From Octopus sinensis (Eukaryota), in the NCBI RefSeq assembly GCF_006345805.1, contig NC_043011.1, positions 26,672,464 to 26,736,463 on the forward strand: a stretch of DNA of 64,000 nucleotides. Reading direction: 5' to 3'. Of the stretch, positions 34,801-48,595 are shown one piece after another (the stretch's first letter is position 1; the number at the start of each line of letters is the position of its first letter). The translations under genes were made by a program, and so were the position numbers. The notes under the pieces were generated by a model, which saw only the letters and a program-made list of their open reading frames with translations, was not told where the DNA came from and did not search any database.

Positions 34801-35464
34801 CTTCTTTTCTGGATCCTCATTGATGATGTTATCAAGACAGCTGTTAATTTATGAAGACATGGCTTTTTTGTTGAAGGAGAGATAGTTGTGCAATGTGGTA
34901 AGTACTAATTTTAGCGGGTCCAAGCGCTCCCCCTGCACTATCTGCTCCCAGGCCCATGCTTGTATATCTACATGTATATATGAGAGATAATTTTAAGAAA
35001 TCGATAATTTATGTTGTACAGTATTTGATATACTTGTATTTATCTACGTTCAAATATATGCCACTGGCCACACTGAGTTATTTCTTTTATTCCATTTTTG
35101 TTTAAACTATTCAAATTACCCAGGCCATAAATGCATTCTGTTCCTTTTTGTATTAATCTGTTTCTTGGCTACGAGAGAATAGACTGGATAATTGTTATGC
35201 TGATGATGGCTATTTATCCAGAAACATGTGCTCTTGACTATCATCTTATATCTAGGCAATAAGTCTGTCCTTTTCCTTAATGGAATGTTTGACTTTTGAG
35301 AATTCTTGAATCTGAAGATTATCTCCCCTTCTCAAGTGAAGCTGGTCTTAATTACTAAAGGAAGAGATAATGTTAATAAATCAAGAATTTATACTGTATA
35401 ATATTTGATATACCTGTATTTTTGTGAGTGCACACATACACACACACACACACGTACACACATA

Positions 35465-35754
35465 CAGGAGTTAAGGAATGGAGTGGATAAGATCCAGGCT
35501 ACATATGTTTCATAGCGAGCGGAAACTTGGAAGTGGTAAATATCAAAGCGAGTTGTATACCACAGGCTACTCTTCAGGCCAAGGATATCTTGATTAAATG
35601 TAAGTTTACATTGTCACAAGGAGGGACATGTTAACACAGGGAAGATTCGATTAGAATGTGTAGAGAGCACAGTAGGAGTGGAGAATATCCGAGGTTCCAC
35701 TGGCTATGAAACAGATGTAGCCTGGATCTTATCTATTCCATTCCTTAACAATTG
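35465..35754. mobile_element. TA-flanked MITE with ~52-bp TIRs (Tc1/mariner-type)
   Basis: TA-CAGGAGTTAAGGAATGGAGTGGATAAGATCCAGGCTACATATGTTTCATAGC versus the reverse complement of the right end CAATTGTTAAGGAATGGAATAGATAAGATCCAGGCTACATCTGTTTCATAGC-TA. Confidence 0.75.
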
Positions 35755-35919
35755 TATTCTTATTTGCATACATGGCAACCCTGGTTGCCCACTGTGAAAT
35801 ATAAAAAGAACCATTTTCAGTTTATTGTACTTTGATAAGAAAAAAAATCCACAACCTTTCGTCTCAATAAACCACTATTGTCCCTGAAAGTTAGCATGGA
35901 ACACAGACGTTAAATGATG

Positions 35920-36344
35920 GGCGATCTTTCGTCTCTAGTAGACCTTTCCGTCGATTTCCGTAAAAAATTTTTTTTTTTTCACATATGGGCTTGCAGGAAC
36001 TTTTGAAGTAATATACATATACACATACACCGAGTAAAAAATTTCAGTTATCTCTTTCTTTCACACATTACTCTGTCTCTTCACACACACTAACAGAAGC
36101 ACTTCACTTACACAACATACTGTCTGTCTCCCACACCCCATCAAACACACACACACACACACACACATATACATCAATGCTTCACATGCACGCTAACTTC
36201 AAAAGAACTTCCCTCGTCATACAATCGCTTTCTCTTAGTCTCTTTCGCTCTCATTACTTCAAAAGTTCCCGCAAGCCCATACGTAAAAAAAAAAAAAATT
36301 TTACGGAAATCGACGGAAAGGTCTACTAGCGACGAAAGATTGCC
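35920..36344. mobile_element. Internally deleted Merlin-like MITE with 8-bp TSD, inserted in a SINE tail
   Basis: TIR GGCGATCTTTCGTC..TAGTAGACCTTTCCGTCGATTTCCGTAAAA at both ends; exact TSD AAATGATG (35912-35919, 36345-36352). Confidence 0.85.
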
Positions 36345-36899
36345 AAATGATGATGATTAATGATGTATATGTATATATCTATGTGTGTGTGTCGAAGTTT
36401 GTTCTCCCCATCTCCCCTTGACAACTGGTGTTGATGTGTTTACATCTCCGTAACTTAGCGGTTCGGCAAAACAGACCGATAGAGTAAATACTAGGCTTAA
36501 AATAATTTTTTGGGGTCGATTTGTTCGACTAAAACCCTTCAAGGCGGTACTCCAGCATGGCCGCAGTCAAATAACTGAAATAAGTAAAAGACTAAAAGAA
36601 TATGTTACACACACACACACACAAGAACATGTTTAACAGCCATATTCAAAACTCAATGTGAATGCCAAATAAGCTATCTTTAACGTAGCGTGTTTGCGCA
36701 AGTGTGCGTGTGCATGTGTGTGCGTACGTTCGTGTGTGTGTGTGTGTGTTAGTTTGTATAATGTAAACATATAGAAAACGCGCTCGTGCCTTTCATGCAT
36801 GTACCCATGTGTGTTTCGTTTTTCTTTTTGTGCTGAGGAAAGGAAAAAAAAAAAAAGAACAAAAAAAAAAGCAAGCAGATAACTTTTTTTTTCCCTCTC

Positions 36900-37062
36900 T
36901 CTCTCTCTTCAGCATCGAAAGGTAGCGATAGGAAAATATATATATATATATATTTTTCTTCTCATAATTTCGTTTCGTATTTCCTACTCCGCGACTGTTC
37001 TTATTTCATGTGCATGCCGGGAAACAAAATGGCTATTTAGTGTTGATACTTATGAGAGTCAG
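36900..37062 (+). promoter_or_regulatory. Candidate USP8 promoter / first non-coding exon (start approximate)
   Basis: Locally CpG-richer, SINE-poor region ending in a strong donor CAG|GTGAGG at 37062. The first coding exon of USP8 has an acceptor, so an upstream exon must exist. Confidence 0.5.
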
Positions 37063-37292
37063 GTGAGGTTCCTTTTATTGTCGCTTTCTATCAAATCGTG
37101 TGACTTTCATTTGAATATTTAATGTCTAATGACATTTCTTTATCGTTCAGTTGTTGTCAATATCCATATTCTGTGCTAGCAACAGTCTTAGGCGCTACTA
37201 ATGTACGACTGTCTTTCCCTAATATAATCGTGATTTCACTCATTACACACAACATACATACACACCCTCATACACACTTGTTTCATATACAC

Positions 37293-37327
<35 letters not shown>

Positions 37328-37368
37328 GATCGATCTATTTATCTATCGATCTATTTATTTATCCATGT

Positions 37369-37402
<34 letters not shown>

Positions 37403-39825
37403 CTTTCGTTGGTTCTATTATGATCTTGATCATATATATATATATACACACGTATTTATGTTTATATACGTATGTGTGTTTGTATATATATGTGTGTGTG
37501 TGTTGATGCGAGAGAGAGAGAGAGTGAGTGAGTGATCCCACGGTTTGACAACTTTCATTGTGAAAACTGTCAATCAGTTGTTTGTGTGTTTATTGTGCAT
37601 CGTAATTTAGGAACTTGTACATCAAAATACTTCTGCACAGCATAGTTTAGATTCTTATATGTGTTTGAGTTGCTTCATTATATGCAAAATAAAATAAATA
37701 AATAATTCGATTACGATTAGAAGTTTTAACATGTCTATGAGTAAACATTGACAACGTTTATAAACAAAATTCTATATTTATTAAAAGATTTTTATCTCTC
37801 GAAGCTACTTGAAACCACTTCATAACTGCTGATTTTTATTGTTTTTATTTCATAAGAAAAAATCATGACTGCTTATATAAATATGATGTACACACACACA
37901 TACACACGCACACACATACATACACACGCACACACACACATACACACGCACACACACACACACGTGTGTGTGTGTGTGTGTATTAATCTCGGATGTCAAA
38001 TATGCGAATGCATAAAAAAATAATTCGATGTAAACCAATGGTTAATCTTTTCAATCTTTTAGAAAGGTATAACAATCGTAGAACTTCAAATATTCCAATT
38101 CAATCAATTCTCGTCAGTTTGTTTTGCTAGAATCTTGTTTTTGTGATTCATAAACTACGATGATATATTAATTACAGAATTACTAATTGATGTGGTCAAA
38201 TATAACTAATATATAGCTAGTATATATACACACATATACACTCGATTCAAAAAGCAACACCCAACAGCAAGTACTTGTTCTACAGGCACGGGTCCGCTTT
38301 TTCAAGAAACACATACTCACACACATTATAAATATTAATAAGTAGTATAAATATCAAATCTCTTTTGACTAGGTGTAAAGCAAGCAATTTTTTTTTCTCT
38401 ATAATTTCTATTTCTTTTACTGATCACTAACGAAACCAGAACAAGATGCCGAATCCTGGTTCTGTTGTTTTTGCCAACCACTTTTGCATTTGAAAGAATT
38501 TGCGACTCGGTTTCAATTTCCACTTGTAACCGTTTCATTACGTAACTAATGCTTCTAATAAAGAATTGTGTACAAAGAAAAATGTTTGATCTTAGGGTTT
38601 TGGATTTGTGATTGGATGAAAAGTAAATATAGAGCAGCAAATATTGAAACATTCCAAAATGTATAGTAATATAAATAATTGAAATTTTAAGAAATGTTTT
38701 AATAACTAAAGCATATAGGATTTATTTCTTTTATTCAGTGAGCCTATGGGTCAAACGCTTGGAATATATTCAGCCTTCGTTAATATATTTTCTTTGCTTC
38801 CAATTTGTATATAATTTTTATTGATCGTTATGACGACGATGATGATGATAGTAATAATAATAATAATAATACACAGATAGATGCTGCGGCTTGTATTTAA
38901 TATTGAGCGAGGGTGAAGGATTATCAAAATCGGTAGTGTGACGAGCAAAAATGCTTTGCGATATGTTCAGTTACGATTCTTTATATTCTAGGGATTTAAA
39001 ACCTGTCAAAGTTGACTTTGGCTATCTATCATTCTTTGGAGTAGATAAAATGAGTACCAGTCAAGTCTTGGAGTCGATTCTATCAACTGATCCTTCTACC
39101 CCAAATTTATGGTCGTTTGCCAATGTTAAAATCAATATTGAGCGAGAGCTTTTACTCATTGGCATTTAAGTAATAAAACTTTTTAATTTATTTTCCTCTG
39201 GCTTGTGTTTCAGCTCAATGTAATGTCAGTAGCTTATTTGTTTAGAGCGATAGCCTTGTCTTTCTTTGATGGAATAGATTGCAACATAAATAGATATTTT
39301 CTGTGAGGATTTGTTAAGCAAACATTATCATGACAAGCAGTATAACCTGTGTCTTTCCCAATCTATTGCATTCATTTAACATTATATAATATTATTGCAG
39401 CCTATTTGTAGTAAACACCTGTTAAACCGTGCAGAAAATACACTAGCTAGGGGCAAAATACTGCTAATATTTTCTTGGCGGTTTGAGTTTGTATTTCTGA
39501 AAATCTCCTGTTCTTTGTTTTCTAAATATCAGGTTTTAGAGCCTTGGGAAAGGGAAGTAAATTGAGAAGTTGTGGCGTTAATCTTGTTCTCAGGCCAGTC
39601 TGTTGAAACGAAATAATTACAAACACATTGAAACTTCTCTGTTGACTCAGTTTACTTGGAACTTACTACCTTGTAATGTGTCTACCATTTTTACATGGTA
39701 ATAGTGAAAATGAAAGTTTTTGTTGATCTGACGATTTTTATTTACTCAGCATTGCTATTCTGCATTCTGGTTAAGACAGCAGGTACCACAGAATAGTCTC
39801 TGTTTAATGCTACGTAGACCTTAGC

Positions 39826-40150
39826 CTGTGAAGGTGCATGGCTCAGTGGTTAGAGCACTGGGCTCACAATCATGAGGTAGTGAGTTTGATTCCCAGACTG
39901 GGTTGTGTGTTGTGTTCTTGAGCAAGACACTTTATTTCATGTTGCTCCAGTTCACTCAGCTGTTGAAATGAGTTGTGATGTCACTGGTGCCAAGCTGTAC
40001 CAGCGTTTGCCTTTTCCTTGGATAACATCAGTGGCACGGAGAGGGGAGGCTGGTTTTCCATAAACAACCTTGCTTGGACTTGTGCCTCAGAGGGTAACTT
40101 TCTAGGCGCAATCCCATGGTCATTCATGATCGAAGGGGTTCTTTACCCTT
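39826..40150 (+). mobile_element. tRNA-derived SINE family D
   Basis: GGTGCATGGCTCAGTGGTTAGAGC..GAGTTTGATTCC..GTGTTCTTGAGCAAGACACTTT; related copies at 15428, 12725, 24090 and 43200-43450(-). Confidence 0.8.
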
Positions 40151-41855
40151 TACCATAGCCTGGTCAACATAGCAGCAAACAGGAACTACAGGAGACATTC
40201 TTCACCACTGTAAGTAATTATAATGTTATAAAATTGGAAAGCATTTCAGTAGCTTGCAGTACTGAACCAATATATTCTTGTTCTTCAATTCTCAACAGGT
40301 GGTCTATGACAAAATCTTTCTGTGGCCCGCAGAAACATAATCTATCACATATTAGAGTAGCTTTGAATATTAGAGCTTGTCAGTATGTGTTCATGCATAT
40401 TTACTTATTTTAATTGTTTTCAATTAGGTTGCATTGTTTGGTCTGTTTAAATTTTAGTTTAGTTTCATTGATTTTTCTGCTCAAGAGGTCCATGTAAAGA
40501 TTCAGTAAATCAAAGAGGCCCATGTTGAAAATGTCAACTACTTTTGTTCTAGTGTATTACCGCATAAAGATAGATTCTTCTAGGTTGAATCCATCATCAT
40601 CATCATCATCAATATCATTAACATCATCATCATAATCGAAATCAAATTCGATGACTGGCATGCATGCTAGTGGAGCGCTAAGAGTACCATACGAGTGAGA
40701 TCGTGCCGATGGCACGTAAAAACACCATTTGAGCGTGATCATTACCTGCGTTGCCTTACTAGCACTTGTGCTGGGGGCACATGTAAAAAACATTTGAGCA
40801 AGGTCGTTGCCAGTGCCGCTGGACTGGCTCCTGTGCAGGTGGCACATAAAAAGCACCATTTGAGCATGGCCGTAGCCAGGACCACCTAACTGGCCCTCGT
40901 GCCGGTGGCATGTAAAAGCATCCACTACACTCTCGGAGTGGTTGGCATTAGGAAGGGCATCCAGATGTAGAAACTCTGCCAGATCAGATTGGAGTCTGGT
41001 GCAGCCGTCTGGTTTGCCAGACCTCAGTCAAATCATCCAACCCATGCTAGCATGGAAAGCGGACGTTAAACGATGATGATGATCATCATCATCATCATCT
41101 GTTTGTTTTCCATACTGACAAGGGTCAAACGGTTTGAAAGCATTTAGCTATCCACAGAGCTCCAGTGTCAGCTTTGGCATGATTTCTATAACAGGTTGCC
41201 TTTCCTAATGCCAACTACTTTACAGTGTGTACTGGATGCTAACACCTGAAGTTTGGAGGAGGTGTTAGTCCATGCCATTTATCCCAGTATTTGACTGATA
41301 CTTTAGTTTATCGAGTCTGAAAAGTGCATAGCAAAAATTGTTGTCAGTAGGATTTGAACTCAGAATATAATGACCCAGAACAAATACTAGGCATTTGTCT
41401 GATGCTCTCATGATCTGCTATTTAATAATGGTTTCAGATTTTGGCACAAGGACAGCAATTTTAGGGGAGGAAGTGGATTGATTACATTGATCCCAGTGCT
41501 TAACTACTACTTTATTTTATTGACCCCGAAAGGATGAAAGGCAAAGTTGACCTCAGTGGAATTTAAACTCAGAAAATAAAGACCTAGAAATAATGCTACT
41601 AAGTATTTTGTTCACTGCACTAATGATTCTACCAGCTCACCACTTTGTTCTGCCATTTAATAATGAAGCTGTAGTTTAGAGGGTTTCCAGCTGATGTCAG
41701 TGTCATGTAACTGGCGCTTGTGCTGGTGGCATGTAAGAAGCATCCATTACACGTTTGAAGTGGTTGGTGTTAGGAAGGGCATCCAGCTGTAGAAACCATG
41801 CCAAATCAGATTGGAACCGGGTTCAGCTTACCTGTTTCAGTCAAACTCTCTAACC

Positions 41856-42013
41856 CAGCATTTCTCAACTGATATATGATATTTACCACATGAACTACAA
41901 TTAAAAAAATATGAGAAAGATATAGTATATAATTTTTTTTTCGTGCAGGGGTTCCTTGAGACATGCAATTTAGTCTAAGGGTTACACAAGGGTAAAACAG
42001 TTGAGAAACACTG
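41856..42013. mobile_element. hAT/Charlie-type MITE inserted in a SINE
   Basis: CAGCATTTCTCAACTG ... CAGTTGAGAAACACTG; 8-bp TSD ctctaacc/atctaacc. Confidence 0.8.
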
Positions 42014-45000
42014 ATCTAACCCATGCCAACATGGAAAGCAGACACTAAATGATATGATGATGATATGATGATTAGACATAGAATTAACCACAACTGCTGC
42101 TCTTCTTTAAAAGAACCTAAGCTTTGGCATCTTCATATTAAATATGTTTCCGTTTTAAAAGCAAAATGTTTTTTGTTATGATGACGATAAAGTGTCTAGT
42201 TATGGCAAACCAGAAAGTTGTCCATTGAAACTCTTGCATAAATAACTGGAGGGCAGAAGTCAAAGAATACAGTTTATTGGTATGATAGAGGTTTTTACAT
42301 TTGTATTGTTTTTATTGTGCTTATTCCCCTTGGTAGCTGTGATTGGGCAGATCTGTGGTTAAAGGCATTACAGCTGTGACCATTCTATCTTTTTCTTAAT
42401 GTATCTAGAACAACAATATTCGGTTTGAGTTACTGAAACTTCTCAACTGCTTAGAAGATGGCTTTGTACCTTGGCAATTCAAATTAATATCTCCCCATTT
42501 TTCCAGACATCTATGAACTGTAGCTAACAACTTGTTTACTGATCCACAAATTCCATTTTCTACATTAACCATTTCACTTGTCTGTTGTTGTTAGGCATGG
42601 TTGTGTGGTTAAGAAACTTGCTTTGCATCAACATGATTTCTGAGTTCAATCCTACCGTGCAGCACCTTGGACAAGTGTCTTCTACTGGGTTGACCAATGC
42701 CTTGTGAGTCGTAGATTGAAACTGTGTGGAAGCCTGTTGTATGTATATATATATAAACATTAGCACAGGCTTGGCTGTGTGGTAAGAAGTTTGCTTCCCA
42801 ACCATGTGGTTTCAGGTTCAGTTCCACTGCATGGCAACTTGGGCAAGTGTCTTCTACTATAGCTTCAGGCTGACCAAAGCCTTATGACTGGATTTGGTAG
42901 ATGGAAACTGGAAGGATCCTGTTGTATATGTGTGGGTGTGTGTCTTTTTGTTTGTCTCCTCACCATCACTTGACAACTGGTGTTGGTGTGTTTGCATCCT
43001 TGTAATTTAGCAGTTCGGTAAAACAGACTGATAAAATAAGTATCAAGCTTAAAAAAATAGAGTACAGAGGTCAATTCATTCGAATAAACAATCAAGGCAC
43101 TGCCCCAGCATGGCAGCAATCTAATGATTGAAACAAGTAAAAGATGTATGTGTATATATATATATATATTACAGTATTAACCAGACTATTGAATATTGTT
43201 AAACAATACTCATTACAATGCACCTCCTCATTGTTGTAGCTTTCAAATAATGCCACCCCACTTGCTAGGTGTGCATGCTAACATACCTCCTGAATGGAAT
43301 GCTAATCCACTGCAGATTTACTTCTTTATAGCTGAGTGGACATGAGCAGTGTGAAATTAAGTGTTTTGCTGTAGAACACAATACCCTGCCTGGTCTGGGA
43401 ATGGAAACCACGATCTCGCAATCATGAGTGCAAAATCCTAACCACTGAACCATATACCTTAACTTTTTTGATGCGACTCTACTCTTTACTGTTTTCTCCC
43501 TCCATCCTTCTCGAATTTCCTTTTTCTCCCCCTTCACCATTTTCTATCTATCTGTCTGTCTGTCTGTCTATCTCTCTCGCTCCTCTTTCCCTTTTTCTCT
43601 CTCCTGTTGCTCACACGCGACCATCGTCCATCTTTCTTTTCCTGCATGGACATTCAAAGGACTGGACGTTTTCTTTCTTTTATCTTTTCTCTTTTCAAAG
43701 AAAATATTTCTCCCAGCATTCACTATTTTCCTCTTGTTCTGGTCTAATGACCCTCCATGTTTGTTTTCATTTGGTTTCCTTGTATGTCTCCGCTGTCCTG
43801 TTTTTGTTCCTAACTTTGATCCTCCATAAATCCTAAATTTTATTTTGGAAGTTATCGGAGCAACTGCCTTTGAAGACTCATATTGTCGTTGAATGTTTGA
43901 AATGAGGAGTAGAAAGACAGCTGACAACTGATAAATGGTTGTTCTCTGTGTTTACTTGTCCTGTTTTCCACTTTTTTCTTTCGTTTGTGTATTTAACTCA
44001 TTTGTTTTGTATTTCACATTGTTTACACAGTTGGTGACGTCCTGTACCCATATATGCATATATATATTGATGTGTGTGTTTTTGTGTTTCTTTTAATGCC
44101 TTCATCCCCTGCTTGACAACTGGTGTTGGTTTGTTTATGACCCTGTAATTTAGTACATTGTCAAAAGAGGCTAATAGAATAAGTACTAGACTCGAAGAGA
44201 GAAGTAAGTACGGGGGTTGATTTATTTGACTAAAACCCTTCAAGGTCAGTGCCCCAGCATGGCCACATTCTAATGAGTGAAACAAATCAAATATAAAAGA
44301 TTTACATTAGTTGTTCTGAGATTGACAAATAATACCAGGCTCCCTTTCCAAATAGTGAAAAATTACCATCACTCTGCCATTAATGAGAAAACAGAATAGT
44401 CTTTGCATCTACATGATTCTGCTTCCTTATGTTAGACAAGTTTAAAACCATCTTAGTTTTATAAGACAGCAATATATCTGTTCTCCCATTTTTCAATCTT
44501 CACAGTCCCTATTTCTTCACTGCGAAAAACACATGTGGGGGCAATAGTGAAATTGAAGGGGCTTGTCAAAAAGGTGAGAGTAAAATATAATTTGATGTTC
44601 AAGGTAGCTATGGCCAACATAGTAATTAACATACTTCATTGTATTGGCACTGCTATCTTTTTTTATTTGTTAGAATTTTTATAACAATTGAGATGATTAT
44701 AGTTAATCAATGAACCAGATAACTGAATCTACATATTGGTTTTGAAATTTTGGCACAAGGCTAGCAAGTTTGGGGAAGGGGAAAGCTGATTACTTTGACC
44801 CCCCCCCCAGTGCTCAAACTGGTACTTACTTTATTGACCCCAAAGGGATGAACGGCAAAATCGACCTTGTTGGCATTTGAACTCTGAATGTAACGACAGG
44901 AAATGCCATAGGCATTTTGCCCAGTGTGCTAACGGTTCTTCCCAGCATGCTAATGATTCTGCCAGCTTGCTGCCTCAGATAACTAATCTATATATTGGTT

Positions 45001-47078
45001 TCAAATTTTGGCACAAGGCCAGCAATTTTGGGAGAGGAAGGAAGTTGATTGCATTGACCTCGGTGCTCAATTGGTACATATTTTATTGGCCCTGAAAGGA
45101 TGAAAAGCTCAGTCAACATTGGCAGAATTTGAACTCAGAATGTAAAGATGGATGAAACACTGCTAAGCATTTTGCCCAGCATGCTAATGATTCTGCCAAC
45201 TCGCTGCCTTAGATAACTAATCTTCATATTAATACATGTTGTGAAGAGTGGTAAACATCACAGAGTGCAGGCAAACACATAGCAAATGAATCTACAATTT
45301 AGATTTGATTCCTCGGTAGAGATATTTTAATTTGCTCACATAATTAATTGGCTCTGGACAAGACAAACTGTAGCATGTAGAATGGCTCCAGCTTAGGAGT
45401 TCAGGAGTTTTGGGCAGTACAGAATTATGTTTTAGTTACCATACTCCCTGGTCTGCTCTTGTCTAGGGTGGTAATACTTGTCAAGGGCTAAAGTTATGAG
45501 TAAAATAGCAGAAGATGGTCCTGTGACTAAGATGCACAAGATTTGGAGGAGGGCTGGCTCCAAGTCATGTGTCACATGGACCCACTGATGAATGGCCATG
45601 CCTTGATGTCACACAAACTAGTCTTCCTATCTAAGGATTAAATAGGTTCTGTGCCAGAAGGTTATGCTTAAGGGAAAAGGAGATTGGCAAAATAAACTGT
45701 AAATACTCTAGTAGAAAGCAATGGGAGCCATTGCATTATCTTTCCTTAGGACAGTCATGAATCTTTAGACTTTTGCATAGCAGTCCATGATTATCAATGC
45801 CTATGAATTAGGTCTGGCTCATGGAGAGAGAGAGAGAGAGAGAGAGATTGATTATTCAGACATCAGGAATCTCACATAATCTTACTTAAAAATTTCATAA
45901 AATTGTAAGATTGTGTCCCTAAATGATAAGTTAACATATAAGTTGAATGCAATGATCTTCATAAATTTTTGAATATTTTCACAGTCTTAGGGCAATTGTT
46001 ATGTCTAAGACTACATTACTTAAGTTTATATCTTAATTTTAAGACAGTATGGTGTCATTTGATAGTGATTTTCCTGTTATAGTTGGTAGAAGCTCTTTCT
46101 TTTATTGTAAGAGGCTCCTTCATTGATTCTTTCATTAGTTCTCTTGTCTGTTTTATCCATCATATGCTAGTTTACTGTAATCATTATAACTGCTGGCTGT
46201 CCCTTTTTGTTAATGGTAATTAATGAACCTTGAACTAGAGCCTATTTTCAAGCATACATAGGCACCAGTATCACTGAGGATCTCTCATGGAAAATACACA
46301 CCCTCAACACAGCTAGGACTGCATCCCAATGTTTGACCTTTCTCTTTAGGACCTGAAGATATCATATACATGTGGTTGTGATGTATGTGCCTGGTGTACC
46401 CTTATCAGATAGGTAGTCATGGGCTATATTGGGCTTCGTATATTTGTACCCCAGCATTACTCTGATGGTGTGTGCTGCTCTCTCACTCAATAATAATAAT
46501 AACAATAATAATCCTTTCTATAATAGGCTCAAAATCTTGTGGAGGGGTTGATTACACCAACTCTAGCGCTCAACTGGTACTTCTTTTGTTGACCTTGTAA
46601 GGTTGAAAGACAAAGTTGATCTCAGTGGAATTTGAAATCAGACCGTAAAGATGAATGAAATGCCACTAAGCATTTTGTCCAGCATACTAAGCTTACCACC
46701 TTAATAATAATAATAGTAATAATAATCATCATCATCCTTTCTACTATAGGCACAAGGCCCGAAATTTGTGGGGAGGAGGTAAGTCAACCACATTGACCCC
46801 AGGACTTGACTGGTACTTAGTATATTGACCTTGAAAGGATGAAAGTCAACCTTGGTGGAATTTGAACTGAGAACATAAAGACAGATGAAATGCTGCTAAG
46901 CATTTTGCCTGGCATGCTAACGATTCTGCCAGCTCACCGCCTTGTATGATAATTATAATGATTTCAAATTTTGGTATAAGGCCAGCAATTCCAGGGGAGG
47001 GGATAAGTCAATTACATCGACGCCAGTATCCAACTGGTACTTATTTAATGACTCCGAAAGGATGAAAGGCAAAGTTGA

Positions 47079-47124
<46 letters not shown>

Positions 47125-47809
47125 CCTTTCTATTGGAGGCACAAGGCCTCAGATTTGTGGGGAGGGGACTAGTTGGTTACATCGAGCCCAGTGTATCACT
47201 GGTACTTAATTTATCAACCCCGAAAGGATGAAAGGCAAAGTCAACCGTGGTGGAATTTGAACTCAGAATGTAGCGATGAGCGAAATACTCCCAAGCAGTG
47301 CTAGATTCTGCCAGCTTGCCATGTTAATAATAATAATAATAATAAGAAGAAGAAGAGTACTCAGTGAGTGCAAACCTTCACTTAATATCTGGAATAAAGA
47401 TGAGATAATCACAGTTTGAATAACTTTGATCATGGATCTGCTCAATTGGGGTTAAGCTGGAGCTAACATCATCCTCTCAACTGTTAGCCGGAGATGATTT
47501 TTAAAATGAGGATATCTGAAATAAGCTTGACTGCTCTCACAAATGAGAATACTGAAAATGAACCCAACCACTCTCAAAAATTAATTAAAAAAAAAAAAAC
47601 CGAAAGATAATCCAGAATCCTTGTCTGGTGCCAGATTGATCCCAAAATCTAATCAGTTTGTGCCAGTCACACAGCCAAACATCCCTGAAAGTTTCATTCG
47701 AATCCATCCAGCGGTTCTTGAGATGTCTTGTCCATTGACAAACAAACAAACAAGCAAATGCGACTGAAGACAATACCTCTGCCTTTGCTAAGGCAGAAGT
47801 AATAATTAG

Positions 47810-48595
47810 GAAGATTTGAAAGAATGGACGGAAACTCTTATTTGTGCTACTCAAAGCAAGCCTTAAGAACTAACCATGTAAAATTCCACATTGACAAAGC
47901 AATTGAATCACCATTGTGCAGAATGTGTGGGAAGTTTGGTGAAACCACAAGCCGCATTGTATGTGAATGTAGCTCTTTGGCACAGCAGGAGTACAAGAGA
48001 CAGCATGACAATGTTGCTTGAATTGTACATTGGTTTTATGTGGGAAATACTTGGTGCAAGCTAACAAGTGGTATGAACACCAGCTACTTGCTGTAAAGGA
48101 AAATGGTATGGTGAAATTGCTATGGGATTTCAATGTACAATGTGATCATGTGATTGAGGCAAGAAGGCCTGATTTTATCCTGATTGAGAAAGAAGAAAGA
48201 CATGACTGGATTATTGACATTGCTATCTCAGGAGATATCCATGTGGTAGAGAAAGAGAAAGACAAAGTGAATAGATTCCAAGATTTGAGGCATGAGAAAG
48301 CACATTTGTGGGAACTGAAGAAAGTGGTGGTTATACCTGTTGTGATCGGAGCACTTGGAACTGTGACAAACCAATTTCAGAAGTGGCTTAGCATACTTGA
48401 ACTCACTGGCAAAACTGTGATGCTCCAGAAAACAGCACTATTTGGAACAGCCAGAATTTTGAGAAGAGTCATATCAATGTAACTGGAATGAGAACGTTAA
48501 CAGGACCCATGGTTATTAGTTATGACCAACTCCTGATCAAAAGATATTGACATACTATGAATCTCAGACATGATGATAATTATGATAATAATAAT
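47810..48595 (+). mobile_element. 5'-truncated R4/Dong-clade non-LTR retrotransposon (zinc knuckle + restriction-like endonuclease, 3'UTR, TAA-type tail)
   Basis: CRMCGKFGETTSRIVCEC..YKRQHDNVA*IVHW, then a frameshift, then LWDFNVQCDHVIEARRPDFILIEK..IIDIAISGD..IPVVIGALG..LQKTALFGTARILRRVI; tail atgataattatgataataataa. Confidence 0.88.

Noticed and set aside
38335-38652. 105-aa minus-strand ORF as an alternative MYG1 first exon or a separate gene
   Set aside because: No recognisable homology and no in-phase donor linking it to MYG1; the 26087 exon fits better.
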